A DNA stretch of 64,000 nucleotides from the human T2T-CHM13v2.0 reference genome, Homo sapiens: the NCBI RefSeq assembly GCF_009914755.1, contig NC_060925.1; one strand, 5' to 3'. Numbering within the stretch: position 1 is the stretch's first letter; each line of letters opens with the position of its first letter. The notes below the pieces were generated by a model. That model had not been told where the DNA came from and made no database searches. It saw nothing but the letters and a program-made list of their open reading frames with translations. This document shows, in pieces, positions 43,737 to 58,861 of this stretch. A program made the position numbers and the translations under genes.

Positions 43737-45103
43737 AGAGTTAAATTTCCTTTTTAAAAAATTCACTGATATGATTCCATTTCGCCATAGATAAAAACTA
43801 GTATTTCAGCCTACCATTGAGTGTGCTTATAGCTCACCAAAAGGGCACTCAGTCTCGGGAATACAGATTTGCATAGAGGTATCCTATTGCAGTCAAAGAA
43901 AGAGCAATGAGGGATAGAAAAGGTTAGTGATGGAGACACCAGCGCTGCATTTTGCAACAAACAATGTAAAAACTTTATGGATTGGTTCTGTTAACTTACT
44001 TCAGTTTACATTCCTCTCAGGTGGGAGAATTGTTGCGTTTTTTCTTAAGATAGAAAAGCAATTCAGGTAATCTGAAATCTCCACAAGAAGGATAAGAAGC
44101 ACAGCAGAAACTATTCTAGGCAGGAAGTCAATCCTTTCAACTGTCTGTGCTCCATAGAAACCATTGTCTGCACTGGGAGTCATATGAGGTACAGACAACA
44201 GCCAGACCTCTGATCCTCTCATTAGTGATTTCAGAAGAAATTACCAGTCAACTGAGTAACTCACTGAGTATAGTAAACATTTGGCACTGAAAGAGGTTAG
44301 ATGAATAACTATTTGTATCACCATATTCATGAAGCTGGAATATGTTCCATTACTGGTATCACATCCGAATGGAAGATATTAAAAGGTCTCTCATCTTGTA
44401 AGATAGATATGAAAGAATATTTTCTGAGAAATGAAATTATTAACACACCTGCGAGGTGCATGGAAGAGAAAAAAAAGAATAATCACCTTGAGATCTTCTC
44501 CTTGATAAGAGAACTCACTAAAAACATAAAGAGAAAAATACAAGTTTAAAATAATTAACCAGAAGAAGATGACTCTAGAGATTTTAAATTGCTGATAAGA
44601 TTTTAATTTGCTCCAAGTTGAAAATAATTATATTGCTTGTGTTTTAAGGCACATAATGAGCAATTATATCACACAGGATAGTTTCAGCAGTAAAATAGTA
44701 TCCGTTAACAGCTGGAACTCATAAAAGCATAGCACAATGTGAAGATGGAATTTGCTAAAATAAACCATCTGCTGAAAACTGCTATTCTGCAAATTTAAAA
44801 ATAAAGTTTAAATGTTATTTGTCTTATTTAATAGGTCTGTGAAAAAAATGCGCTATTTGGAAAGCAGCTGCTACCTTAATTCTTTATATTAGACGGCTGG
44901 TTACAATAATGCACAGTAAGGTGCTACATAGATATATTGCTAAATTTTCTGCATATACTATGTATTTGGCTTAAATTAATTGAAATTTTATTGTTAAAAT
45001 AACAAATGTACATTTCAATGTTTTGACACAAATTGCAAATATACCTTTAAAAAGCGTCTTACACTCTAAATATTATTTGTCACCTATATATTTGTCTTTT
45101 CTC

Positions 45104-46037
<934 letters not shown>

Positions 46038-47014
46038 TATGTACAATAAAAATTATTGCGATTTTTAATCTTTTCTGTGGAGAAAACACAGGTGTGATTT
46101 CTAGTGTAGCTGAACATCGTTTATTTGACAGTATTGCACTTGTGTGTGGGTGTGTGCGTGTGTAGCTACTTTTTAATTTGGTTCTCACAAAATGATTAGA
46201 TACTAACAATTAATTCAGTAAAATGTATGTTTTGCAATATTTCTCCATGTTATTATGCTTTAAATTAGTTTAATCATGCCCCTATAATGTGTACATTTTA
46301 ACCTTTGACTATAGGTCTCAATCTTACTTTGGTTCCTGTATTTGAATTTATGCTAATAAAGTCCCACAGCTTAATAAGATTACATAAATTTTTTGTATAA
46401 TTTTTACTAGCATTCTGATGTCATTTTAAATTATGTAATGAAATCAAATTTTAATTTGGATTATTGTTATCTGAGTTAAGGATATAAATTTTTAATTTTC
46501 TTATAAATATTACTTAATTATTTCTGAACCATACATTGACTAATCTGCCCTTTATATGATGTGTATTATAAGAGCTTAGGATTGTTTCATTTGCAAAGAT
46601 GAATGCTTGAGAAGTAGATATTTAATCATAACATTTCAAAATCTACTGGATAACCTAGAATTGAAACATAGCCTATAGGTTGAAAAACTCCTGTAGTGAA
46701 GAAAGAAAATAACTAATATACAGTGACAATATAAATATTATAAGTATTTATTTTATTATCACCCTGAAATTTGATAATACAAACATGTAATATCTATATA
46801 TCATCCATATATCAGGTCATAAAATATCAATACATTCTTCAAAAATTTAGCATAACAGAAAATGCACTCTCTCTCCTTGATGGAATTAAGTTACAAATAA
46901 AAGTAAAAATAAGTAGATAAGTAGATGGAAGTAGATGTTTAAGAACAAAGAAAAATATTTGTTTTGGATAACATAAAATCTCAATTGACAAATCCAATAT
47001 TTCCAGAACTTTAC

Positions 47015-47202
47015 CTGTCAACTGGTGGAGAGTTTTCCCCAGGAGACATTTGTCAATGTCTAGGGTTATCGTGGGGATGTCAAGACTGGTGGAGGTGTGA
47101 AATTTAGAGGTCAAACGAAACACCTATCATTGCTAGGGCAGCCTCCCACAACAAAGAATCCTCTGGTCCTAAAGGTAAGTAGCACCAAGGTTGAGAAACC
47201 AT
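47015..47202. mobile_element. MER20-like (hAT) element
   Basis: ccccaggagacatttgtcaatgtct...cccacaacaaagaat...ccaaggttgagaaacc. Confidence 0.7.
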
Positions 47203-47315
47203 AATCTAGACAGGAAACACTACGTAGCTATTCCAAGTGCTCAGGAAAACACATCAGTGCTCTCGAGGGGAAAAGTGTAAACATTTTAATTGCTGTACAT
47301 GGTGACACAAATCCA

Positions 47316-47771
47316 TGTTGTTAATCTAAGTGGAAGGAGCTGAAGCACAAAATGTAATTCAAAGAGTTTACTTGAGCCACAGTGAGGACAGCTGCCTGGA
47401 AGAAACAGACCCAAATATCCTTGGATGTGAACTCCCTTTGGAGCTTTGCAACAAGCAGTTACTTAAAGGCAAAAAAGGGTCCAGAAGTGTGATGACGCAA
47501 AGAGGTTTGTCACAAATTCTCATTGGCTTATGGAAATAACATTTATTAGTGACTGGCTACACACTGTTACACTATTATGGGGTGTGGATTATAGTGTCTG
47601 GTGTGGCCTTATTGGTTAATTTATAGCTACTGTGGCAACAGCAAGCAGCCTAGATGAACACACAGCTCAAAGAGGAGCAGGACAGAACTGCTGTGTCATT
47701 TGAATATCTCTCTGGGCCTGATTATTTCAAAGGACTTGCATTTCTCACATGAAAGTTATTTTCTTTTCTCA
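47316..47771. mobile_element. ERV1 solo LTR (MER4-group-like)
   Basis: TG...CA bounded (tgttgttaat...ttcttttctca), with aaagagtttacttgagcca.agtgaggacagctgcc. Confidence 0.5.
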
Positions 47772-47929
47772 ATGTCCATAAATGAGAATAAATAGACGTA
47801 AAATAGATCTTTTCGAGGATGAAGTAAATGGAATGAAAAACAAAACCCAAGCTGACCAGAAATCATAGAGGGAAGAAAAGGTTATAAATATATGGATTTT
47901 TCAAAGTGATTTTAAGCTATTAGGAATCA

Positions 47930-48501
47930 GTTAAATGTTGGGGGAATTGGTCTGAGAATAGGCTAAAGGAGAATGTCCCTTTTGTCTTCTGAAGTCTCCC
48001 TGAAAATCACTAATAGGAGGCAGATAAAGAGTAGAAAAGGCATGCAGGTTTCTGTAATGTGTGTACACTGGAACCCTTAGAACGAAGACCCAGTCACACG
48101 ATGCGTGCAGAAGCTTATCTACCACATGAAGTTTACAGAAAAATGGGGTCTTGGATCACAGGGAAAAGAAAGAAAAAGGTTATGTGAGAAAACGACCCTG
48201 GCTAGCAACAGTGGACTTATTATATAGGTGGAACCTCACTGGGAGTAGTCCTCAGAGAGAATAGAAAGAAAATGTTTCTTTCAGACCTTTGGAGACTTAG
48301 CCTCTCAGTTAACCTTTCCTAGATCCAGACAAGGGGGCAGACCTCAGAGAAAACCTGGCTGCATCAGGGCAGATTCTCTACCGATGCAAATCTCCCCAAG
48401 ACAGCTTTGCAGCTAACATTGCTTTTCCAGCCCTTCTCAATAGCCATTTTGAAATATATCAAGGAAATATATTTAGGGGTAAAATATATTAGTTTCCTTC
48501 A
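47930..48501. mobile_element. ERV1 LTR (MER34/MER39 group)
   Basis: cagattctctaccgatgcaaatctcccc...aaatatatcaaggaaatatatttaggggtaaaatat...ttccttca. Confidence 0.55.
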
Positions 48502-50566
48502 TACAGCTATAAAACATACAGGAATAATTTTTGTCAATGTCTACTACAAATCCAATATAGCAGTAACTATGAAACCCACCAGATATTGATGAAAAAATAT
48601 GTAGAGTACCTCAATTACAAATGTTGATACTAAAATGCCAAATAAAATACAAATAATATCCAACAATATTTGAAACAGTAAGACAAGAAATTGGCAAAAA
48701 AAAAAAAAAAAACAAATATCCACCTTCGGGATGAAAGTGTGTTTCCAAATTTGGTAATCCAGTAATATTAATAATCGTATTGATTAGCCCAAATTAAAAA
48801 TAAATAGGGGATTCTCAGTACATGCTAAAATATGTTTGTTAAAAGGCAATATTCATGTCTTTAAAGGTTTTAAATGCTATAAAGAGTCTGATATTCTATA
48901 TGCAAACATGTGTATGTCCATTAGAAGAAGAGAGGCCTGATTTTCATATGTTACTACATAGAGACAGAGAAGTGGATACATTAATTTGCATATGCATAGA
49001 GAAAGCATAAAACAGAAATTGACTATCATATTAAAGGAATTTTAATTCAACAATAAAATAATTCAAAGGTAAAATTTTAAATATTTTTATCAGGTACATT
49101 ATTATTATTAGATGATATTTATAATAATTGTGAAAATATTCAGCACTAAAATAAGATACAATGTCTAAACATCAGTATTAAAACTAGTATAAATATTTAC
49201 TTGTTTATACAAGCAAAATTCAAGCTCGACATAAATTTTATGGGAAATAAAAGAAAAATATTAAGGGAGCTCTTTAATGACATAAACATATATATATAAA
49301 CACACACATATAACATGTATATATGTTATATGGGATAGATATAGATTTAACAGGCTATATCTATATTTGTATCTGTAACTACAGCTGTATGTATCCACAT
49401 TTCTATGTATTTACTCAGTGATATAAATATAGACTGGAATAAATATAAAGACACATATGATTCTTGGATAAAAAGGATTTAGCATCATAAAGACAAATTC
49501 TTTCCAAATTCACTTATGAATTCACAACAATATACAGTTTCATTAGTATAATTTAATATTTCTAAATAAATTCCAAGATTCATTTAAAGGAATATACATG
49601 TATACAAGCAGTCAAGAAAGAAGCAAGAGGGCACTAAACTAACTTGCTATTAAAATACATTTTTAAACTTAGTCACTAAAACTGAGCAGTACTGATTTGG
49701 AGTACTGGAATTTAGGTGTATGGGATCTCAAAAGCACAGAGCTCAAAGGAGACCCCTGTATGCACGAGAGCTTAGGATGTGCTTTAGAAGGCATTACCAA
49801 ACCACGGGCAAAGTTACCTTAGTGTCTTAGTCTTACTAGGCTTGAAAAGCCAGAGAACAGACTCAGGACCACCATATAAGAGCAAAACAAAAGGACAGGG
49901 AGAGAATGTGAAGATACAGAAACATTTTACGTAAAGTTGTATAAAACATCTTTTAAAGAAAATATAAAGTTTTGGATATACATCAAAATCAGCAGAGCCA
50001 CTAAATAAATAAATAGGCAATGTAAAATAACAAGAGAAAATTTAAAAGGATATCTAAAAAATATTGACGCCTATGATTTTTAAAATATGTTTAAGAAATC
50101 CGGTATTTCACAGGGCAGCCTTTCACAACACAGGTATGTTAGGACATTAAGGTCCTTCTGTTTTTAATTTACTAGTGTTTATAGGGTTACAAATGTCTTC
50201 TACCCTTGTCTTTTGTCTGATGGTGCAAAAAATTTTCATAAGCATGTATTTCTGAATGCCTGATGGTTTGACATATATAATATGCTGCTAGTATTAAAAT
50301 ATGAGACGGAAAACGCATCCAATCTTCTCACTGTTTACATAAATTCTAGGTTTCTCCTATTTACCTCAAGCACGTATGGATTGAATTCTTACCTTTTAAT
50401 ATTGCCATGGCATTCACATTGAACATAAGTTGAACTCTCTTATATGGTAGCTGGGTTCGGATTCTCTTGACAATTTCCAGTTCTAACCCTCACAGTTCCT
50501 CAGGGTGGTTGGCCCAAATATTGACCCTACACAGTTGTCTCCTCGTCGTGACTACCAGCTATGGAA

Positions 50567-51537
50567 ATAGTCAGCAGAGACTTGAGAAGAGGGGTTTCAG
50601 GTGACAGAGCTCCCATGGGAGAAGCAGGATCCAATAGAGAGAAGAGAAAGAGCAGAGTGGTTTTATAGAGAGCCAGGAAGAACAATTTGTAGCCCAGGGA
50701 ATCAGGGAATAACCCCTCACTCAGAAAAAGAGAGCCAGAAAGAAGAGACTTCTAGCCTAGGGACTCAGAGAATAGACCACTCAGAACAAGAAGCCCACAC
50801 GAAGACCTTCCTGCCCAGAGGATTGCTTTCAAAAGAAGCCTGGGACTCTACCCCAGCTTCAGAGAGAATATTCATCCCTTCAGATTCAAAATCTGTCCTT
50901 AGCCATCAACGGGCTTTTGTCTGGAGCAATGGCTCAGGAATCTGATTCACCAATGGATCCCTAATCAGTCAGAAATGACAACAAAGACTTCAAAGGCATG
51001 CATTTAGGGTTCTGAGTGAGAGGCCCAGGATCCAGTGATGAATCTGTCCTAGTTGAGTTTCAACACCATAGTTGTTAAATAAAAAATTATTCAGTGATAC
51101 TTCAAATGCACAGTAAAGAAGACTTTATTCAGGACCATCACCATAGATATAGGAACCACGGCAACACAGTCTTGGAGCTGGGGAGAGAGATGGGCTTAAC
51201 TCTGAATACAGCATGGGGAAGTGGGAATTTATAGCCCAGGAGCAATGCAGGGGTCAGTGAATGGAAAATCACTAAGAGGAAACATCAGGAGTAAGGGAGA
51301 TTCTGGCTAAACCGCCCTAAAAGAATTCTTGCTGAAGACTGGCCAGGGTGATCAGACATCACCTGCAGAATGGTGAAGAATGAAGAACCTGATCAGATAT
51401 TGAGAATGAGGGGTTCTTTGGTAAACTTGGCAGTGTTCTTTGCTAATGCTGGATTTTGCGAGGAAGTGCACAGTTTAGCCTAGCTGAAGATTTACAAGCC
51501 TGACTAAAGTTGGCCAAGCAAAGAATCTTTGTTATCA
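50567..51537 (-). mobile_element. ERV1 provirus remnant: 5' LTR (~51073-51537, MER31-like), primer-binding site (51051-51068) and leader/internal sequence
   Basis: The minus strand reads LTR end ...ttaaca, a 4 nt spacer, then TGGTGTTGAAACTC (PBS-like), then a pyrimidine-rich leader truncated at ~50567. Confidence 0.6.
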
Positions 51538-51708
51538 ACATATTCCATCAAACCTCACATCCCTGCCTTAAATGATCAAACCATCCGCACTCCTGTATGC
51601 TACTGTTCTCCATGAAAAGTTACTTCTTCTTTGCCTTAACCAAAATCCAGCCATTCTAGAAAGACACCAGAAGGCTTTCTGCAGCATCTAAAATTCCCCA
51701 CATTCTAG

Positions 51709-52086
<378 letters not shown>

Positions 52087-52458
52087 ATTCTTTTTATATA
52101 ATGTAACTTGTACTTTTATGTAGTAAATTATCACAGTGGTGTCAGACACTCTGAGGAAGAGTATTTTACTGTATCATTCCCATTACCCAATCAGGAAGTC
52201 TTAACAGGCAGATTTTAACAAAAATATAAGACACAACTGTGCCCTAGCTTTTCTCACATACTTCCTACCTCACACTTCACACATTTCTTTTTCTCAGCAC
52301 CCACTCTTAAGTAATAATTTATTTCCCCTGAATATTATTTACCTTCTGTGGGCTACTTTACATATCATCTGAAAGCATGATCAAAACAGTTATATTTGTG
52401 AATAATTTTATTTTGGTTTATTTCTTAGCAGAAGGAGGAGTTAATAGTAACATTTGTA

Positions 52459-52849
<391 letters not shown>

Positions 52850-53900
52850 TTATAAAGGAATGGGCCAATCAAATAACTGCTATGCGGTTGACAGCATAAA
52901 CCAAGTTAGCTTAGTACCACTCTAAATAGTTGCTGGGAATATAATGATTTTCAAAGACATGATCTCTAGAAATAAATAACTAAAAGAGAAGCACGGTGTC
53001 ATGCATTTATGCATACACATAAGCAGGGACTAGAGATCAAGAATAGAAATAAAAGAGGTTTTTACACTTGGGGTGCTAAGGTCGCAATGATTTATTTGGA
53101 GAGAAAACGGAGGCCCTTCTTTAGTAAATGCAAAGCACCATGTGTTTAATGAAGATACATGACCTAAGCTTTGAAGATCGTTTAACTAATTCAATAACCT
53201 TGCCAAGTATCCATTACTACATCTCAACAATCAAATTTACAGTGACATCTTTGAGTTAAATCTCTCCATAGATGTCTGGAAACAGCTTAATTCTGTTAAC
53301 TGCTGCCCATTGAATTATGCTTTATTTGGTCGTAGAATTTCATGTCATCTGTTAGTCTCCCTCACAACTTGGGAGATGTTATTCCTGTATTGTCTGTTCT
53401 CGTTGATGAAGAGAAGTCTGTGATAAAGTAATTGTCCTTCCTTTGCAGGTAATCTGCCTTCCATCTCTGGTTGATTTGAAAATATTGTATTAGTCTTTAG
53501 TATCTTGCATTTTACTGTGGTATGTCTACATATGGATTTATACTTACTGAGTTTGCTCAGAGCTTGGAGTATTTCCTCAGTCTTAAAGGCCCTAGTTGTG
53601 AAAATGTTACTACAGAAAAACTTTCTTTTTTTAACTTAAAATCCTTTTTATTGGGAAATAAATGTAAGATTATAGATAAGTTTGAAAATAAAAGAATTGT
53701 TAGAACAAAAAATACTCATATGCCTGTTACCCTAATTTGTCTATTATTATTTTATTAAATTTAGGTTACCATTTGTTCTCTCTCTCTCTCTCTCTCAATA
53801 TATATCCCAATTTTCAGTCTTTAGATCTAAATCTTTCAGCAACCTGGACTATCATGGCCCCAGTGTAATGCTTGGCTTTGTACCTCATGAGGGAAGAAAT

Positions 53901-55156
53901 GTTTTTTTTTAATCTTAAGTTTTAGGGTACGTGTGCATCATATGCAGGTTTGTTACATAGGTATACATGTGCCATGTTGGTTTGCTGTACCCATCAACTT
54001 GTCATTTACATTAGGTATTTCTCCTGATGCTATCTGTCCCCCAGCCCCCCAACCCCTGACAGGCCCCAGTGTGTGATGTTCCCCACCCTGTGTCCATGCA
54101 TTCTCATTGTTCAACTCCCATCTGCGAGTGAGAACATGCGGTGTTTGGTTTTCTGTCCTTGTGATAGTTTGCTGAGAATGATGGTTTCCAGCTTCATCCA
54201 TGTCCTTGCAAAGGACATGAACTTATCCTTTTTTATGGCTTCATAGTATTCCATGGCACATATGTGCCACATTTTTTAATCCAGTCTATCATTGATGGAC
54301 ATTTGGGTTGGTTCCAAGTCTTTGCTATTGTGAATAGCACCACAATTAACATACGTGTGCATGTATACATCTTTATAGTAGCATGATGTATAATCCTTCG
54401 GGTATACACCCAGTAATGGGATCGCTGGGTCAAATGGTATTTCTAGTTCTAGATCCTTGAGGAATCGCCACACTGCTTTCCACAATGGTTGAACTAATTT
54501 ACGCTCCAACCAGCAGTGTAAAAGCATTCCTATTTCTCCACATCCTCTCCAGTATCTGTTGTTTCCTGACTTTTTAATGATCATCATTCTAACTGGCATG
54601 TGATGGTATCTCATTGTGGTTTTGATATGCATTTCTCTGATGACCAGAGATGATGAGCATTTTTTATGTGTTTGTTGGCTGCATAAATGTCTTCTTTTGA
54701 GAAGTGTCTGTTCATATTCTTTGCCCACTTTTTGATGGGGTTGTTTTTTTCTTGTAAATTTGTTGAAGTTCTTTGTAGATTCTGGATATTAGCCCTTTGT
54801 TAGATGGGTATATTGCAAAACTTTTCTCCTATTTTTTAGATTGCCTGTTCACTCTGATGAGAGTTTCTTTTGCTATGCAGAAGCTCTTTAGTTTAATTAG
54901 ATCGCATTTGTCTATTTTAGCTTTTGTTGCCATTGCTTTTGGTGTTCTGGTCGTGAAGTCTTTGCCCGTGCCTATGTCTTGAATGGTATTGCCTAGGTTT
55001 TCTTCTAGGGTTTTTTATGGCGTTAGGTCTTTCATTTAAGTCTTTAATCCATCTTGAGTTAATTTTTGTGTATGGTGTAAGAAAGGGATCCAGTTTCAGC
55101 TTTCTACATATGGCTAGCCAGTTTTCCCAGCACCGTTTATTAAATAGGGGATCCTT
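53901..55156 (-). mobile_element. 5'-truncated primate L1PA (ORF2 C-terminus and 3' UTR) with TSD
   Basis: Minus-strand ORF with KTTMRYH...[14 protein letters not shown]...LVQPLWK...IPFDPAIPLLG (L1 ORF2p C-terminus). Poly-T at 53902; TSD tgagggaagaaa at 53888-53899 and 55157-55168. Confidence 0.95.
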
Positions 55157-55494
55157 TGAGGGAAGAAAATTATTTCTAATATTTTAATCCAGCTATGTAT
55201 GTAAAAAGAAGTCTTTTTCATATTTTATCTATTATTTCTGTATGATTGGAGTATGAGTCAAAACATCTCAATATAAATAAAAAGTTACATTTCAGTAATT
55301 TTTTTTTCCAAAATTACAAAACACTAGTGGTCAAAAACACTACTATTTCCAATTCTCTTTACTTTGTTAACATTACTTTTTGTACTTATGAGAGAAGAGT
55401 TTGCAATCCAAAAAGAGCAGGAAGGAAGAGAGATTAGAGATTTTTTCTCCCGCTTGCTCTATACATATGAGATATTTATATATCTATATATCAA

Positions 55495-55732
55495 CAGTTG
55501 ACCTTTGAATAACACTGGTTTAAACTGTGTGAGTCCACTTATAGGTGGATTTTTTCAGCCAAATACAGATTGAAAATATAGTATTTGTGGGACGTGTAAC
55601 CCACATATGTGGAGGGCCAACTTTTCATATGCGAGCTCTGCAAGGTTGACTGTGGGACCTGAGTATGTGCAGACTTCGGTATATGCAGGGCTCCTGAATG
55701 CAATACCCCACTAATACTGAGGGATGACTGTA
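55495..55732 (-). mobile_element. MER8 (Tigger-family) element
   Basis: cagttgacctttgaataacactggtttaaactg...atactgagggatgactgta. Confidence 0.75.
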
Positions 55733-55755
55733 TATGTCTCTATCTATCTACTCTA

Positions 55756-55759
55756 TCAC

Positions 55760-55799
<40 letters not shown>

Positions 55800-55820
55800 A
55801 TATGTGTATATATATATGTA

Positions 55821-55882
<62 letters not shown>
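55756..55882. repeat. Compound microsatellite (TA)n(CA)n..(TG)n(TA)n
   Basis: Directly visible. Confidence 0.95.
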
Positions 55883-55883
<1 letters not shown>

Positions 55884-55887
55884 TTCC

Positions 55888-56292
55888 TATATTACTTTGC
55901 TAGGGTTGTTATAACAATTACTGCAGACTGGGTGAGTTAAACAACAGAAATTTATTTTCTCACGGTTCTGGAGGCTAGAAGTGTGAGCTCAAGGCATCAG
56001 ATGTGTTAATTTTATTCTGAAATTTCTCTCCTTGGCTTTTAGATAGTCATTTTCTCATCTTGTCTTCTCATGGACTTTTTTCTGTGCACATGTATGTCTG
56101 TACCTAAATTTCCTCTTCAAATAAGGACACCAGTGATATTGGATTAGGACCCAGACATGTGACCTCATTTTACATTAGTTACCTCTTAAAAGTCTCTATC
56201 TCCAAATATAGCCACCTTCTGATATACCGGGATGGCAGGGGGCAGGGTACAGCATATTAATTTGGGGAAAGGACACAATTCAGCCTATAACA
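55888..56292 (-). mobile_element. MLT1B-like MaLR LTR
   Basis: aaacaacagaaatttattttctcacggttctggaggctagaag...ataaggacaccagtgatattggattagg...gacacaattcagcctataaca. Confidence 0.85.
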
Positions 56293-56992
56293 TATGCAAT
56301 ATATTCTTCTCTGATCTATATTATATAACTTTTACATATAATACATATATAATTTAATATACATTTTAACCCCTTGATTAATTTTCTCACTGCAGAGAAA
56401 ACAAGAATTAAAGAAAAGCTTCAGGTGATACCGTTTTTGAATGAGTAAGAATTGAGCCTACCCTTAACGCAAGAATGAAGTAGAAATAAACTGACTTAGG
56501 GAACAGCATAAAAAAGTTCTCTTATGAGTCAAGATTTCAGTGTGATGTCATCATTTTTTCCAGGGATTAAATGTTAGAATATATTGCATGCCCATATTGA
56601 GGTGGAATCATAAACTTATTTCAGACTTATTATAATGGCTCATTTTCTTATGCCTTCACCATTGAACTTGTACTTAGCTGGGGATTGAGCTGAAAGTTTG
56701 CCTTTTCTGTATCTAGCATAGTTGCACCAAATCTGACCTTAATCCCAAATTTTCCTCTCTGTAATATCTTGTTTCCAAATGAGGCTCACATTGAATTTTC
56801 TCTTGTTAGAAATATAACTGGCAACACCAATCAAAACCATTCATTCTATTCAGTTGCCTGTGAACAAGCTTGATTTGCTTTGTTATTAATACAGCTTCTT
56901 GTGGGTTAAGTAGAAAGCTCTTTTGTAAATATCCCTCAGTTTAAGTATATATATAGTTTACATTTCCAGGTAAACTATAAATTCTCTAAGAA

Positions 56993-57290
56993 AGGCCCAG
57001 CACGGTGGTTCAAGCCTATAATCCCAGCTCTTTGGGAGTCTGAGATGGGTGGATCACTGGAGGTCAGGAGTTTGAGACCAGCCTGGCCAATGTGGTGAAA
57101 CCCCATCTCTACCAAAAATACAAAAATTAGCCAGGCATGGTGGTGCACACCTGTAATCTCAGCTACTCAGGAGGCCAAGGCAAGTGATTAAACCCAGGAG
57201 GTGGAGGTTGCAGTGAGCTGAGATCGCACCACTGCACTCCAGCCTGGGTGACAAGCTGGACTCTGTCTCAAAAAAAAAAAAAAAAAAAAA
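56993..57290 (+). mobile_element. Alu (AluS-type)
   Basis: Full dimer plus poly-A, with an imperfect TSD aaattct.t..gaaa. Confidence 0.95.
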
Positions 57291-57574
57291 TTCTGTGAAA
57301 AGATCTGTGATTTCCATTCTCCTTTATAGTAATTGTTAAGCACTCACAATTCGATGGTTATAACAACTATCAAAGAAAAACAATTATTTTAATAAATATT
57401 TTTCATCATTTTCTCCTTTCTAAGCCCTATGCTATGCACTAAAAACTGCAGAGAAAATCAACACATTCTCTACCTCACAGCAGATTTCTTGGAGAGAGAT
57501 AGGGGTGGGGAGGGGAATAAGGGTTGCTAAATGTTGTCAACTTTGTAATACAACTCTCAAAGGGAGATAGTTAT

Positions 57575-57800
57575 TAGGGAGGCAAAGTGCTCAGGCTCAG
57601 ATTTCAGGTTGCCTAGATTTGAATTCTGTCTTCACTGCTTCTTTCATGATTTGCCCAAATTACTTAAGCTCTTTAAACCACAGTTTCCTCATCCTTAAGA
57701 TAGGGATAATAAATAGAACTTATCTCATAAAATTACTGTGAGGATTATAAGTGATTATGAAGTTGATTAAATTTCCCCAGTGCTTCATACAAAGAAAGGA
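57575..57800 (+). mobile_element. MIR
   Basis: tacttaagctctttaaaccacagtttcctcatccttaagatagggataat...tgtgaggatta. Confidence 0.75.
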
Positions 57801-57929
57801 CTCAAAGGATATGCTAGTTCATAGTATGGGCATAGAAGAAGATATCCCTTCTCTCCTGGGATATAGGATATACATAACTGTCCACTATAAAATTGAAGAT
57901 AGGCTAGAGAAAAGCTAAAAATGAAGAAT

Positions 57930-58612
57930 CTAATAACTCTTTAGCCAAGAGAAAATGAAACATGAGGGAAAGGGAGAAGTTCCAAATGAGGTCCAAATTT
58001 GTCATGGGCCACTGAATGGTGGTGCCATTCAGGCAGAGGAAACCCAGAAGGAGGAGTCATTCTGTAGTTAGAGGGCACTTAATGAGATAATATTAGAGAT
58101 AACTGAGGTTGAGTTGTTGGTACATATCTGGGTGCAAAGTCTCCATAGGTCCGGAATTTTGAATAGTTTTCTGGAGTCATCTGGTTATTGTTAAAGCCAA
58201 GAGAACTGGTGAGATCACAGAATACAATAATGATCAATAAGAGGGAAGGGAAGAGAGCCAAGAATGGGAGACTGGGAAGCATACACATTTAATTAAGGTT
58301 TGGTAAGGTGAAAGGTGTCAGCAGAGAATGTAAAGGTGAAATAATGAGAGAAAAAGGAGGACATCAAGGAGAAAGTCGTGTTTTGAAAAAAACAAAAAGG
58401 ACACATTTTCAAGAAAGACATTGTCAATAGTTTAAATGTCACAAAATAGTAGAGTATAATGCAATTAAAAAAAACAAAATCTATTGCTTTTGTTAATTAA
58501 ATAACTAGTAACCTCGGCTGCAGCAGTTTCAGTAGAGTGAGGAGAGTTGACACCAAACTGCACCAGTGGAGTGAAAATAAGTGGGAAGAAAGAGTGAGGA
58601 AGTGGAGGGCAG
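57930..58612 (-). mobile_element. L2 fragment
   Basis: gaatggtggtgccattc...ggagtcatc...gcagtttcagtagagtga is a reverse L2 pattern. Confidence 0.55.
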
Positions 58613-58730
58613 TCTTTTTTTTTTTTTAATAAAATATTTTCCCAAACTGTCTTTTCTGGAACTTCCAACATGTCTGCTTAAGAGCTTGTCTAAGTTGAAT
58701 TCATTCGAACTTCTTGAACCTAATTAGTTT

Positions 58731-58861
58731 CTTTTTGCTGTTTTTTTTTTTTTTTTTTTGAGATGGAGCCTTGCTCTATCACCCAGGCTGGAGTTCAATG
58801 GTGCAATTTCGGCTCACTGCAACCTCCTCCTCCTGGGTTCAAGCAGTTCTCCTGCCTCAGC
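58731..58861 (-). mobile_element. 5'-truncated Alu (right arm) with TSD
   Basis: Poly-T, then gagatggagccttgctct...cctgcctcagc. TSD cc(t/c)aattagttt on both sides. Confidence 0.9.

Noticed and set aside
53953-54982. L1 ORF2-like ORFs as an active element
   Set aside because: 5'-truncated to ~1.25 kb, frameshifted, and lacking ORF1, endonuclease and most of the RT region.
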